DNA of 64,000 nt from an uncultured Acidobacteriota bacterium (GTDB lineage: Bacteria > Acidobacteriota > UBA6911 > CAINFC01), in the NCBI GenBank assembly GCA_903847975.1, contig CAINFC010000322.1, forward strand, positions 12,405-76,404. Direction: 5' to 3'. This document shows positions 9,986-18,632 of this stretch, piece after piece. How positions within the stretch are numbered: the first letter of the stretch is position 1; the number at the start of each line of letters is the position of its first letter. The notes under the pieces were generated by a model that did not search any database, was not told where the DNA came from, and saw only the letters and a list, made by a program, of their open reading frames with translations. The translations under genes were made by a program, and so were the position numbers.

Positions 9986-11791
9986 ATGTCCTTCAGAAAA
10001 ACCCGCGTTCTTCTTTTCCTTAGCCTTGTTCTGACCGGGCACCGGATAGCCGCTCTTCCATTCGGGCCGCAGTCGAATATCCCTTCCCCCTGTGAAGGAC
10101 TCAAGAATCTCCCGTTACCCGATACCACCATTTTTTCCAGCCAGATTGTCCCCGCCGGCGGCTTTTCCGCACCGGCGGGCGCGGGGGGCATGCGGCAGGG
10201 ACCCGGTACTCCGTCAGCTTCCGATCTACCTTCCTTCTGCCGGGTCACCGGCCGAGTCTCGCCGGAGGTCGGTTTCGAAGTCTGGCTGCCGCCGGCTGCC
10301 GGCGACCGGCCATGGAACGGAAAATTCAACGGCGTCGGCAACGGAGGGCTGGCCGGTTTTATCAACTACGGCGCCATGATCCAGGCGCTGGGCCGCGGCT
10401 ATGCCACCGCCAGCACGGACACCGGCCACACCAGCAAACCGGGGAATGAGGCCTGGGCGCTGGGCCACCCCGAACGGCTGGTCGATTTCGCCTCCCGCGG
10501 CGTTCACGTGACCACCGTGGCCGCCAAAGCCCTGATCGAGGCCTATTACGGGCGGGAGCCGAAGTACTCCTATTTTACCGGCTGTTCCGGCGGAGGCGGA
10601 CAGTCTCTCAGCGAAGCACAGAGGTTCCCTGATGATTATATCGGGATTGTCGCCGGGGCTCCTGCCAATTTCCCGACGCGAATGTGGCCCGGAGAACTGT
10701 ACGCCGCATGGGTGACGCACCGCAGCCCCGCGCATCCGATCCCCAACGAAAAACTGCCGGCCATCACCCGGGCGGCGCTGGAAGCCTGCGACTCCATGGA
10801 TGGCGTCCGGGACGGTGTTCTGGATGACCCCCGCCTGTGCCGGTTTGATCCGGCCCGGATTCAGTGCCGGGACGTGGACGGCCCCGATTGCCTGACCGCC
10901 GCCCAGGTCGATTCGGTCCGAAAGATCTATGCCGGGCTGGCCCACCCGGCAACAGGCGAGCTTTTCTGGTACGGATACGAGATCAGCAGCGAGCCGGGCT
11001 GGCCCGGGCATATTCAGAATCCGTTCAACGTGCCCTTGAGCTATTTCAAGTACATGGTGCTGTCGGAGCCCGATTGGGACTGGAAGACCTTCGACTTTGC
11101 CGATCCGGCGAAGTTTGCAATTCTCCAGGATGCCTCCCGGAAGCTCGGGCCGGTTCTCGATTCCATCGATCCCGACCTCTCCTCCTTCCGTAAGAGGGGA
11201 GGCAAGCTCATCCAGTATCATGGCTGGATCGACCAGAACATCTCCCCGCGCAACAGCATCCGCTACTACGAGGATGTGAAAAAGGCCATGGGCGGGGAAA
11301 AGGCTACCTCGGATTTTTACCGGCTGTACCTGGCGCCGGGGATGGCGCACTGCGGTGGCGGACCCGGCCCCAACACCATAGACTGCCTGTCGGCGCTGGA
11401 GCTCTGGGTCGAGCAGGGGAAGGCTCCGGAGCGGATCATCGCCAGCCATGCGACGGCCGGCGCCACCGACCGCACCCGCCCGCTGTGCCCGTATCCGCAG
11501 GTGGCGCGGTACAAAGGGAGCGGCAGCACGGACGATGCCGGCTGTTTCGACTGCGTCGCCCCCCCGAGCCAATCCCCGCGCGAAGGGGCTTCCCGTCTTT
11601 TCCGGGCAACCCTTTCTCTTTCCGTCAGGAGCGTTCTTCCGGGGCAAAGTCCCATCGGGACAACAGAACAACAAAGCGCAAAAAGTCGCACAAGTTCTCA
11701 TGGAAGCCCTGGAGGGGCTTCGGAACACAGCCCGGGGTTGGCGCGCTTCGCGCCTACCCCGGGTAGAGATGTACGCAGACGACAACCCTGA
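9986..11791 (+). CDS. Tannase/feruloyl esterase family alpha/beta hydrolase
   Basis: Signal peptide; ASTDTGH, YFTGCSGGG (CS nucleophile motif), YHGWID.ISP, PGMAHCGGGPG, RTRPLCPYP; about 70 aa non-homologous C-terminal extension. Confidence 0.93.
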   Translation: MSFRKTRVLLFLSLVLTGHRIAALPFGPQSNIPSPCEGLKNLPLPDTTIFSSQIVPAGGFSAPAGAGGMRQGPGTPSASDLPSFCRVTGRVSPEVGFEVWLPPAAGDRPWNGKFNGVGNGGLAGFINYGAMIQALGRGYATASTDTGHTSKPGNEAWALGHPERLVDFASRGVHVTTVAAKALIEAYYGREPKYSYFTGCSGGGGQSLSEAQRFPDDYIGIVAGAPANFPTRMWPGELYAAWVTHRSPAHPIPNEKLPAITRAALEACDSMDGVRDGVLDDPRLCRFDPARIQCRDVDGPDCLTAAQVDSVRKIYAGLAHPATGELFWYGYEISSEPGWPGHIQNPFNVPLSYFKYMVLSEPDWDWKTFDFADPAKFAILQDASRKLGPVLDSIDPDLSSFRKRGGKLIQYHGWIDQNISPRNSIRYYEDVKKAMGGEKATSDFYRLYLAPGMAHCGGGPGPNTIDCLSALELWVEQGKAPERIIASHATAGATDRTRPLCPYPQVARYKGSGSTDDAGCFDCVAPPSQSPREGASRLFRATLSLSVRSVLPGQSPIGTTEQQSAKSRTSSHGSPGGASEHSPGLARFAPTPGRDVRRRQP

Positions 11792-11927
11792 AAGGGTTGC
11801 GCAAAATCCAACCATACCAGGTGTTTGCGCGGCCCTTTCAGGGCTGGGTTTCAAACAAATCCGCCCACCCGGGGTAGCGCCTTTGCGGTGCAACCCCGGG
11901 CTGTGTTCCGGAACCCCTTTGGGGTTT
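11704..11927. repeat. REPIN/MITE-like inverted-repeat element (family C-like)
   Basis: About 60 bp imperfect terminal inverted repeats with a perfect 20 bp core (CGGAACACAGCCCGGGGTTG 11721-11740 / CAACCCCGGGCTGTGTTCCG 11891-11910); inner palindromes CAACCCTGAAAGGGTTG and GCCCTTTCAGGGC. Confidence 0.8.
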
Positions 11928-11932
11928 TTTTT
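11912..11932 (+). terminator. Probable intrinsic terminator formed by the end of the repeat element
   Basis: AACCCC-TTT-GGGGTT hairpin followed by a T run, between convergent genes. Confidence 0.5.
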
Positions 11933-12045
11933 CGGGGGCATTAAAAAGCGGTAAGGCCAGGAAGGAAGCAGGAAGCAGTCCCGGGGGGAGGGGAGCGGTG
12001 GGGCCGCGGCGTACCGCCGCATAGCCCCGCCGCTTCGGGAACGGG

Positions 12046-13476
12046 CTAGGTGTAAATGTTGTCCATGGCGCGCTCCTCGTCCCACTGGGTGGTGGGCTCC
12101 CAGTAGCCGAACTTTTTGTCCAGGTGCGCCTTAATGGCCTCTTCGTTGAGGGTGATGCCGAGGCCCGGGCCGTCGGGAACGCGGATGAATCCCTTGTCGA
12201 CCAGGGGCTTCCCGGGACCGTCGACCAGCGTATCCCACCAGGGAATATCCACGGCATGGTTTTCCATGACGATGAAGCCTTCGCTGGCCGCCGCGCAGTG
12301 CACATTGGCCATGGCGCACACCGGCAGGCCGGCCATGTGGAACGTGGTCGGGATGCCGTAGGTCTGGGCCATGTCGACAATCCGCTTGGTTTCCAGGATT
12401 CCGCCGGAAGTGGACAGATCCGGGTTGATCACGTCGACGGCGTGCTCCTTGCAGAGCACCTCGAAGCCGGGCAGCAGATAGATGTCCTCGCCGGTGCAGG
12501 TCGCGACATCCAGCTCTTCGGTGATCTGCTTCAGCAGCTCGGTGTGAAACCAGGGCACCGGATCCTCCATCCAGGCCGGATTGGCCTTCTGGAAAGCCTT
12601 GCCCAGCCGGATGATCGAGTTGGTTCCGACGTTACCGAAATGATCGATGGAAAGGGGCGTATCCCAGCCGATGGCCTGGCGGATCTCCATCAGGTGATCG
12701 GCCAGCAGGGCAACCCCCTTATCGGTAATCTCGATGCCGGTCAGAGTGTGCTCCCGGCGGACACGGGGGCGATAGCCCCCCGGCTGGCCGGCGGCGGCCG
12801 CTGCTTCCTTCTCGGCGGCATCACTGTCGAATCCCAGAGGCTGCGACAGGGCTCCGGGAATTCCCGCCAGGCGGCGAACCCCGATGTCCAGCTTGAACCA
12901 GGTATAGCCCAGATCCTTGCGCCGCTTTATCTGTTCGGCAAAAATCTTGGGATCCGGCGATTCGGCCGTGTCGCAGTACAGGCGGATCTTATCCCGGTAC
13001 TTGCCGCCCAGCATCTGGTACACGGGAACGCCGTACACCTTGCCGGCCAGGTCCCAGCAGGCTTCCTCGATGGCCACCACGCCGCCGGCTGCCCGCCCCG
13101 TGCCGCCGAACTGGCGGAGCTTCCGGAATATTTTCTCGATATTGCAGGGATTTTCCCCCAGGATCCGGCTTTTCAGGACCAGCGCGTAGGTGCGGCTGGC
13201 TCCATCGCGGATTTCGCCATAGCCCGAAACGCCCTGGTTGGTGTCGATGCGGATGATATGCTTGCTCATGGATCCGCTCGCTCCGGTTATGCTGACCGTG
13301 CGCAGGTCGGTGATCTTCAGGGCCGAAGGGGACGAATTCCGGTTGGTGTTCTGCACCGCGGCATCCAGAGTGTTATCCGACCAGAAGCCGACTCCGGCGG
13401 CCGTGGCCGCACCCAAAGCGCCGGCGGACTTGAAAAAAGAGCGCCGGCCCAAAAATTTTTGCAACGATTTCTTCAT
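12046..13476 (-). CDS. Mandelate racemase/muconate lactonizing enzyme family dehydratase with Tat signal
   Basis: GRRSFFKSAGALG twin-arginine signal; AIEEACWDLAGKVYGVPVYQMLGG; metal ligands D(HFG), WMEDP, TGED; MENH. Confidence 0.9.
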   Translation of the reverse strand: MKKSLQKFLGRRSFFKSAGALGAATAAGVGFWSDNTLDAAVQNTNRNSSPSALKITDLRTVSITGASGSMSKHIIRIDTNQGVSGYGEIRDGASRTYALVLKSRILGENPCNIEKIFRKLRQFGGTGRAAGGVVAIEEACWDLAGKVYGVPVYQMLGGKYRDKIRLYCDTAESPDPKIFAEQIKRRKDLGYTWFKLDIGVRRLAGIPGALSQPLGFDSDAAEKEAAAAAGQPGGYRPRVRREHTLTGIEITDKGVALLADHLMEIRQAIGWDTPLSIDHFGNVGTNSIIRLGKAFQKANPAWMEDPVPWFHTELLKQITEELDVATCTGEDIYLLPGFEVLCKEHAVDVINPDLSTSGGILETKRIVDMAQTYGIPTTFHMAGLPVCAMANVHCAAASEGFIVMENHAVDIPWWDTLVDGPGKPLVDKGFIRVPDGPGLGITLNEEAIKAHLDKKFGYWEPTTQWDEERAMDNIYT

Positions 13477-13508
13477 CTGTTATTTCTCCGATGTGATGGA
13501 TTAATAAA

Positions 13509-14414
13509 TCATTCGTTAAAAAATACGCGGATTTCTCCGCCCACATGGCGCTCCGCCCAGCTCCGGCCGTTCAGAAAACAGCTTTTGGCATAGGCCTCGC
13601 CATCCATTGCCTTCCCGGTGATTACAGAAACAGACCGTCTCCCCTCGGCCGGATAGCCGGTCCGGGGATCCAGAATATGACCATAGACTTTGCCGGCACA
13701 GTAAAAATATTTTTCACTGCCGCCGGAAGTTGTCAGCGCCTCATCCTTCAAAAAAACTTCCGCCGCGGTTTTCCGCGGATTTTTCGGGTCGCGAATCCCG
13801 ACGGGCCAGCCCCGCGGCTCTTCCGGAGGGCATCCGATGGCGCGCAGGCTGCTGCCGGAGGCGGCCACCAAAGCCCGATCGCACCCGCGCCGTAGCAGAA
13901 TTTCCGTCATGCGGTCGACAGCGTACCCTTTTCCGATCCCGCCCGGATCGAGCTCCACGCCCGGGAGATCGAAACGCACCGTCCGATCCCGGGAGTCTAA
14001 CACAATATGCCGGAAGCCCACGAATTTTAGCGCCGAGGCAATCTCCTCCTCCGCGGGAATCCGGCCCTCTCCTTTCCTAAAGCCCCAGGCCCGCATTAGC
14101 GGGGCAGCACTGATATCAAAGGCCCCCTCGCTCTGCCGGCTGCACTGACCGCAGCGGGACAGCAGGTCAAAAAGCTCCGCCGTGATTTCCACTTTGCCCC
14201 CGGAAGCCTCCCGGTTGACCCGGCTCCACTCGCTGCCCGGCTGGAACATGGAGAGCATGGCTTCCAGCCGGAAGGCTTCCTCGAACGCGGCCTGCACCGC
14301 GGCCTGCATCCCCTGCGGATCGTTCCCGAAGAGCACCAAGGAAAAGGTCGAGCCCATGGCATCGGCACTTTCCTGCAGACGGAGAAGATCCGTGTCGGAT
14401 TTCTTTTCTCTCAC
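13509..14414 (-). CDS. apbE: FAD:protein FMN transferase (ApbE family), no signal peptide
   Basis: AMGSTF, SEWSRVN, GAFDIS, LDPGGIGKGYAVD, TTSGGSE, GHILDPRTG; GTG start with an in-frame stop just upstream. Confidence 0.92.
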   Translation of the reverse strand: MREKKSDTDLLRLQESADAMGSTFSLVLFGNDPQGMQAAVQAAFEEAFRLEAMLSMFQPGSEWSRVNREASGGKVEITAELFDLLSRCGQCSRQSEGAFDISAAPLMRAWGFRKGEGRIPAEEEIASALKFVGFRHIVLDSRDRTVRFDLPGVELDPGGIGKGYAVDRMTEILLRRGCDRALVAASGSSLRAIGCPPEEPRGWPVGIRDPKNPRKTAAEVFLKDEALTTSGGSEKYFYCAGKVYGHILDPRTGYPAEGRRSVSVITGKAMDGEAYAKSCFLNGRSWAERHVGGEIRVFFNE

Positions 14415-14467
14415 AATCCCTTTTTCGGGCGGCCGCCGGCCGCCCCTCCAGCTTTCCCGGCGTCAGG

Positions 14468-15853
14468 CTAGGGTTTGATGAGCGTTCCGTCGGGCAGACG
14501 GAGGTCGCCCCAGCCGCCGTTCAGACGGCCGCGCTCCCCCTGCTCGCTGGCCCCGAAAGGATACTTGGCCGCCAGTTTTTCGTCCACCTCGATTCCCCAT
14601 CCCGGCCGATCGTTGGGCCACAGGTAGCCGTCCCGGAAGGTGGCGCACCCCTGGAAGATTTCCGCCTGCACCCCGGTGATCAGTCCGCCCTCCTGGATGC
14701 CGAAGTTGTGGTTGGTCAGATCCAGGTGTAAATGAGCGGTATGGCCGATGGGAGAAACATCCCCCGGCCCGTGCCACGCGGTTTTCACCCCGTAGTGCTC
14801 GGCCACCACGGCGATTTTGCGGCAGGGGGTCACCCCGCCCATCTGGGACACATGACAGCGGAGGTAATCGATCAGCCGGCCTTCGATCAGCGGATGCCAC
14901 TCGTGAGGGCTGTTGAAGAGCTCGCCCATGGCAATCGGCGTGGCGCACTGGGCCCGCAGCTGCCGGAACCACTCGATATCTTCCGGGGAGAACGGGTCTT
15001 CCAGGAAATAAAGCTTGAAGGCCTCGCAGTCCTTCACGAACTGAATGGCCTGGCGCGGTTCGTAGCGCTCGTGCATGTCGTGCATCAGCTCCACTTCGTA
15101 GCCCAGCTCCTTGCGGCAGGCCTCGAAAATTTCCAGCATGCGGCGCAGCGAGGGTCCCCGCTCGAAGACCGGCGCGTCGTGCAGCGCCCTGGTCGCCGAT
15201 CCTCCCGGAGCGCCGCCGGCCGCTTCGGGCGGGCGCGGCCCGGAAGGCCGGCCTTCCCCGCCCTCGCCCTGGCCGCGCATACCCCGGCCCACCCGGACGT
15301 GCCTGTATCCCCTGGCCATCTGCTGGCGGACGTTCTCCACCACCTGCCGGGCGTCCATCCCGCCGGCGTTGGCGAACATCTGCACCGCTTCGCGCACCTT
15401 GCCGCCCCAAAGCTCGTAGCAGGGCATTCCCGCCTGGCGCCCCTTGATGTCCCACAGGGCCATGTCCACGCCGCTGATGGCGTTGTTGAGCACCGGACCG
15501 TTGCGCCAGTAGGAGCTGGCATAGCAGAGGTGCCAGGTGTCCTCGATCCGGCCGGCGGGCTTGCCGATCAGCAGCGGGCGCAGATATTTTTCCACCGCCG
15601 CCACGACCAGGTCGGCGCGCTGGGTGAACGTGGCGCAGCCGTAGCCGTAAAGCCCGTCCTGGTCGGTGAGTATTTTGACCACGATCAGCCGGGCATTGGC
15701 CGGCTGGGTGGCAATCACCTGGATGTCCTTGATTCTGGGGGCGGCCATTCCTCGTGTGGCCGCGGCCGCCTTTTCCCGGGCCTTCAGCTCGCGGCCCCCC
15801 GCCAGGCTGCCGAGAGCCGCGGCAGCCATCTGTACGAGATTGCGTCGGTTCAT
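14468..15853 (-). CDS. RspA/ManD-like enolase-superfamily sugar-acid dehydratase with Tat-like signal
   Basis: MNRRNLVQMAAAALG; YWRNGPVLNNAISGVDMALWDIKG; HDMHE, FLEDP, MGELF, AWHGPGDVSP. Confidence 0.9.
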   Translation of the reverse strand: MNRRNLVQMAAAALGSLAGGRELKAREKAAAATRGMAAPRIKDIQVIATQPANARLIVVKILTDQDGLYGYGCATFTQRADLVVAAVEKYLRPLLIGKPAGRIEDTWHLCYASSYWRNGPVLNNAISGVDMALWDIKGRQAGMPCYELWGGKVREAVQMFANAGGMDARQVVENVRQQMARGYRHVRVGRGMRGQGEGGEGRPSGPRPPEAAGGAPGGSATRALHDAPVFERGPSLRRMLEIFEACRKELGYEVELMHDMHERYEPRQAIQFVKDCEAFKLYFLEDPFSPEDIEWFRQLRAQCATPIAMGELFNSPHEWHPLIEGRLIDYLRCHVSQMGGVTPCRKIAVVAEHYGVKTAWHGPGDVSPIGHTAHLHLDLTNHNFGIQEGGLITGVQAEIFQGCATFRDGYLWPNDRPGWGIEVDEKLAAKYPFGASEQGERGRLNGGWGDLRLPDGTLIKP

Positions 15854-17052
15854 TACGATTTCCTTCCTGGCCTGCCCTCGGGGCGCATCCGCTGGAACCG
15901 GGGTCCGCCGTACTGGCGGAAGTTGAAAAGCGCTTCCTTGATCGGGACGCCGATGACTTCGATCTGCTTCAGATCGCAGGTTCCCACGCCGAGCTCCTGG
16001 GCCAGAAGCAGGGTGTTGTCGCAGCCTTCAAACGGCGCGGTCCCCTTGGGGGCCATCGGGTCAAAGCCCATCACGGCCGTGGCGACCGCATCCGTGGACA
16101 CGCAGTTGGTCCCGGCAACGAGCAGCCCCGGCTGGATAAAGGCGGTCAGCGGCCCGCGAGGCAGTTCCGCCCCGGCAATGGTCTCGATCCCCTCGATCAG
16201 CTGCAGGTGCATGGGAACAGCCGCCGCCAGATCGGCAATAAACCGGGGGATGCGATAGCCGGCGTCGCGGGGGCTCGTCGGATCCTTTTCGGGCGGCGAG
16301 CTGGAGGGGGGCTGCCGGCTGCCGGCATGCCCGATTTCGTTGCGCCCCCCGTAGGGAACCAGGCTGGGCCGGTCCAGGGGCACCTTGTTTCCGTAAATGG
16401 TGGTCGGGGTGATGCCGAAATAGTTCTTGATCGAGAGGGTCACGCCCGCGGTGGCATGCTCTTTCAGCTTGGTCATGGAAACCAGCACGTCGGTTTCCGC
16501 ATAGGCGCTGTTCAGGTCGAACGCCGGAAAGAGATGCCCCCCTTGGGGGACCGGGAAGCGGGTGTAGGGCTTGCTGCCCTTGTAGGCGATGTTGGTGTTG
16601 ATCAGCTCCACACGCGGTGCGGCGCCATACAGCAGCTTCGGATTCCAGGCGGCTTTCCACATGAACTCCTCCAGGGAGGCGCCCCAGGTCCAGGCTCCCT
16701 CCACGACCCGTATGCGGCGCGCTCCGGCTTTGTCGAGCAGGTGAATGACCGCGCCGACGGTGCGCGGGTGATTCCAGAAGGCGCGGCCGGCAGGGGTGTG
16801 ATCCATCCGCGTGGCGGTGGAGCCGGTCAAATTGATTTTGATGGTGACGGTTTTGCCCTTCACCAGCCGGCCCAGGCCGCCCAGCTGATCAAACATCGTG
16901 GCGGTTCGGGAGAGGAACTCCTCTCCGTAATCCCGACACCGGGCAATCGCTACCGGGCCCGTGGGCAGCCGGCCGGGAGCGGGCTCCGTCCGGGTCAGGG
17001 ACGCGCCCGCCGTGCTGATCCCGGCCATGAATTCTCTGCGATCCAGTTTCAT
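15853..17052 (-). CDS. DUF362 domain protein with Tat-like signal
   Basis: ATG 17052 overlaps the upstream stop (ATGA); MKLDRREFMAG; GKTVTIKINL, KLKEHATAGVTLSIKNYFG, D.VSTDAVA...MGFDP. Confidence 0.85.
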   Translation of the reverse strand: MKLDRREFMAGISTAGASLTRTEPAPGRLPTGPVAIARCRDYGEEFLSRTATMFDQLGGLGRLVKGKTVTIKINLTGSTATRMDHTPAGRAFWNHPRTVGAVIHLLDKAGARRIRVVEGAWTWGASLEEFMWKAAWNPKLLYGAAPRVELINTNIAYKGSKPYTRFPVPQGGHLFPAFDLNSAYAETDVLVSMTKLKEHATAGVTLSIKNYFGITPTTIYGNKVPLDRPSLVPYGGRNEIGHAGSRQPPSSSPPEKDPTSPRDAGYRIPRFIADLAAAVPMHLQLIEGIETIAGAELPRGPLTAFIQPGLLVAGTNCVSTDAVATAVMGFDPMAPKGTAPFEGCDNTLLLAQELGVGTCDLKQIEVIGVPIKEALFNFRQYGGPRFQRMRPEGRPGRKS

Positions 17053-18563
17053 ACCTGTCTCCTTGATTCCATCTCGTATTCCAGGGCGACAAAGGGCTGC
17101 AGGGCCCGGGCGGGCAGGTGGAATTCCATGCCCTCGAAATGGTCCGAAGGCTCGGCCGCCAGAATTTCCGGCTCCGCTCCGATGGTCCACACTTTGGCGC
17201 TCCGGCACGCATCCCGCACCCACACGGTCCGCAAGGCTCCCTCCCGCCTGCCGTTGAAGCTGGAGGCGTAGCTGAGCGTTTGCAGCACGCAACGGTTGCC
17301 GTCCGGGGAGATCAGAAAACGATTGCAGCCGGAGCTGCTGCCGTTAAAGATTTTCATCAGATCGTGGCGGTGGCTGAGCAGCAGCTGGGCGTCGACGGCC
17401 ACCTGGTAGGGGTCCGGAATTTCCTCGCGGGCGACCGCCAGACGGCCTTTCCCCAGGCTGCGGAGCTCATATTGGGTCATGAACTCCGGCTCCAGCGGCC
17501 GGCCCTCCGGGCCCCAGCCGTACCCGGCCAGTAGCAGGCCTCCCTGCTGAACGAAGTCGATCAGCTTCTCCCGGAGCGCCGGGGCCGGCTTTTCCTTGTC
17601 CGCGTAGACCATGGCCTTCAGGCCCTCGAAGGACCGCGCGGTGACCTGCGATTTCCACAGGACCCGGAACAGCAGATCGCGCCGCGCCATAAGATTCAGG
17701 ATCTCACCGCCGAAGTCGAAGTTGTCCCTGCTGAAATCGGAAAGAACGCCCATTTCCCCACGGGAGGCGAAGGTTTTCCACTCGCTGCGCTTCTCGAAGA
17801 AAGCCGCCGCGGCACAAATCTCTTTCCATGTTTTCTGCGCTGTGTCCAAACCGGCCAGAAGGTCGGCGCGAAGGCGTGCATCCAGGGAAATGATCCAGCG
17901 GCCTCCGGCAATTTCGGAATCGCAAATGGCGCTGCTGTAACTCTGCGGAGGAACAATCTCTCCCTTGCCCGGCGGATCGAACGACAGCCAGACGGGAGCG
18001 GAAATCCGGGCGCAGGCCATCTGAACGAACCAGCCGTTGGAATCAAGCCAGGGCGCGGCCGTCGGGCCGGAGGAGGAATCCTGTCCGCCGGCTGCCATGC
18101 TGACGCCGGGCCAGACATTTTCGGTCAGCACCAGGACGGAACCGGGGGCGTCCCAGGGAACTCCATCGCGACCGCTGCAGGCCAGGACCGGCACATCGGC
18201 TTGTCCCGGAAAGGCCGTGGCGATTATCCCGGAAAGACCCGCAGATTTGGCTGCGGCCGCGGCCGGTCTGGGGTCCGCGGCCTTTTCCACCCAGCCCAGT
18301 ACGGTCAGGCCCCGCTTCTTTGCCGCCTCGGCCAGCGGAAGGGATGTTTTCTGCTGCTCGGCATCCTCAGGAAGCCCGGCGGCCCAGGGGATGACCAGAG
18401 CGTTGATCGGCGTCCCGTCCAGAAGCCGCAGGGCTTCCGGGCGGTTCCAGCGGCCGGAAACCTCACCGGCGTTTTCGCTGGATCCCGCACTTTTGTTCTG
18501 ACGGGCGGCCTCCAGGGGCCCGCCCGGCCAGAACATGGGGATCATGCTCTTGAAGTCGGACAT
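17049..18563 (-). CDS. Conserved hypothetical protein; possible C-terminal class I glutamine-amidotransferase-like domain
   Basis: Clean ORF in the operon; AAGGAG RBS 7 nt before ATG 18563; L..FVQQGGLLLA...LGKGRLAV pattern. Confidence 0.65.
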   Translation of the reverse strand: MSDFKSMIPMFWPGGPLEAARQNKSAGSSENAGEVSGRWNRPEALRLLDGTPINALVIPWAAGLPEDAEQQKTSLPLAEAAKKRGLTVLGWVEKAADPRPAAAAAKSAGLSGIIATAFPGQADVPVLACSGRDGVPWDAPGSVLVLTENVWPGVSMAAGGQDSSSGPTAAPWLDSNGWFVQMACARISAPVWLSFDPPGKGEIVPPQSYSSAICDSEIAGGRWIISLDARLRADLLAGLDTAQKTWKEICAAAAFFEKRSEWKTFASRGEMGVLSDFSRDNFDFGGEILNLMARRDLLFRVLWKSQVTARSFEGLKAMVYADKEKPAPALREKLIDFVQQGGLLLAGYGWGPEGRPLEPEFMTQYELRSLGKGRLAVAREEIPDPYQVAVDAQLLLSHRHDLMKIFNGSSSGCNRFLISPDGNRCVLQTLSYASSFNGRREGALRTVWVRDACRSAKVWTIGAEPEILAAEPSDHFEGMEFHLPARALQPFVALEYEMESRRQV

Positions 18564-18632
18564 CGGCACACTCCTTGGCTGAGCCTGTTTTCTCAGCCGC
18601 TTATCAGACCGGATAAAAATAGCATGAATGAT

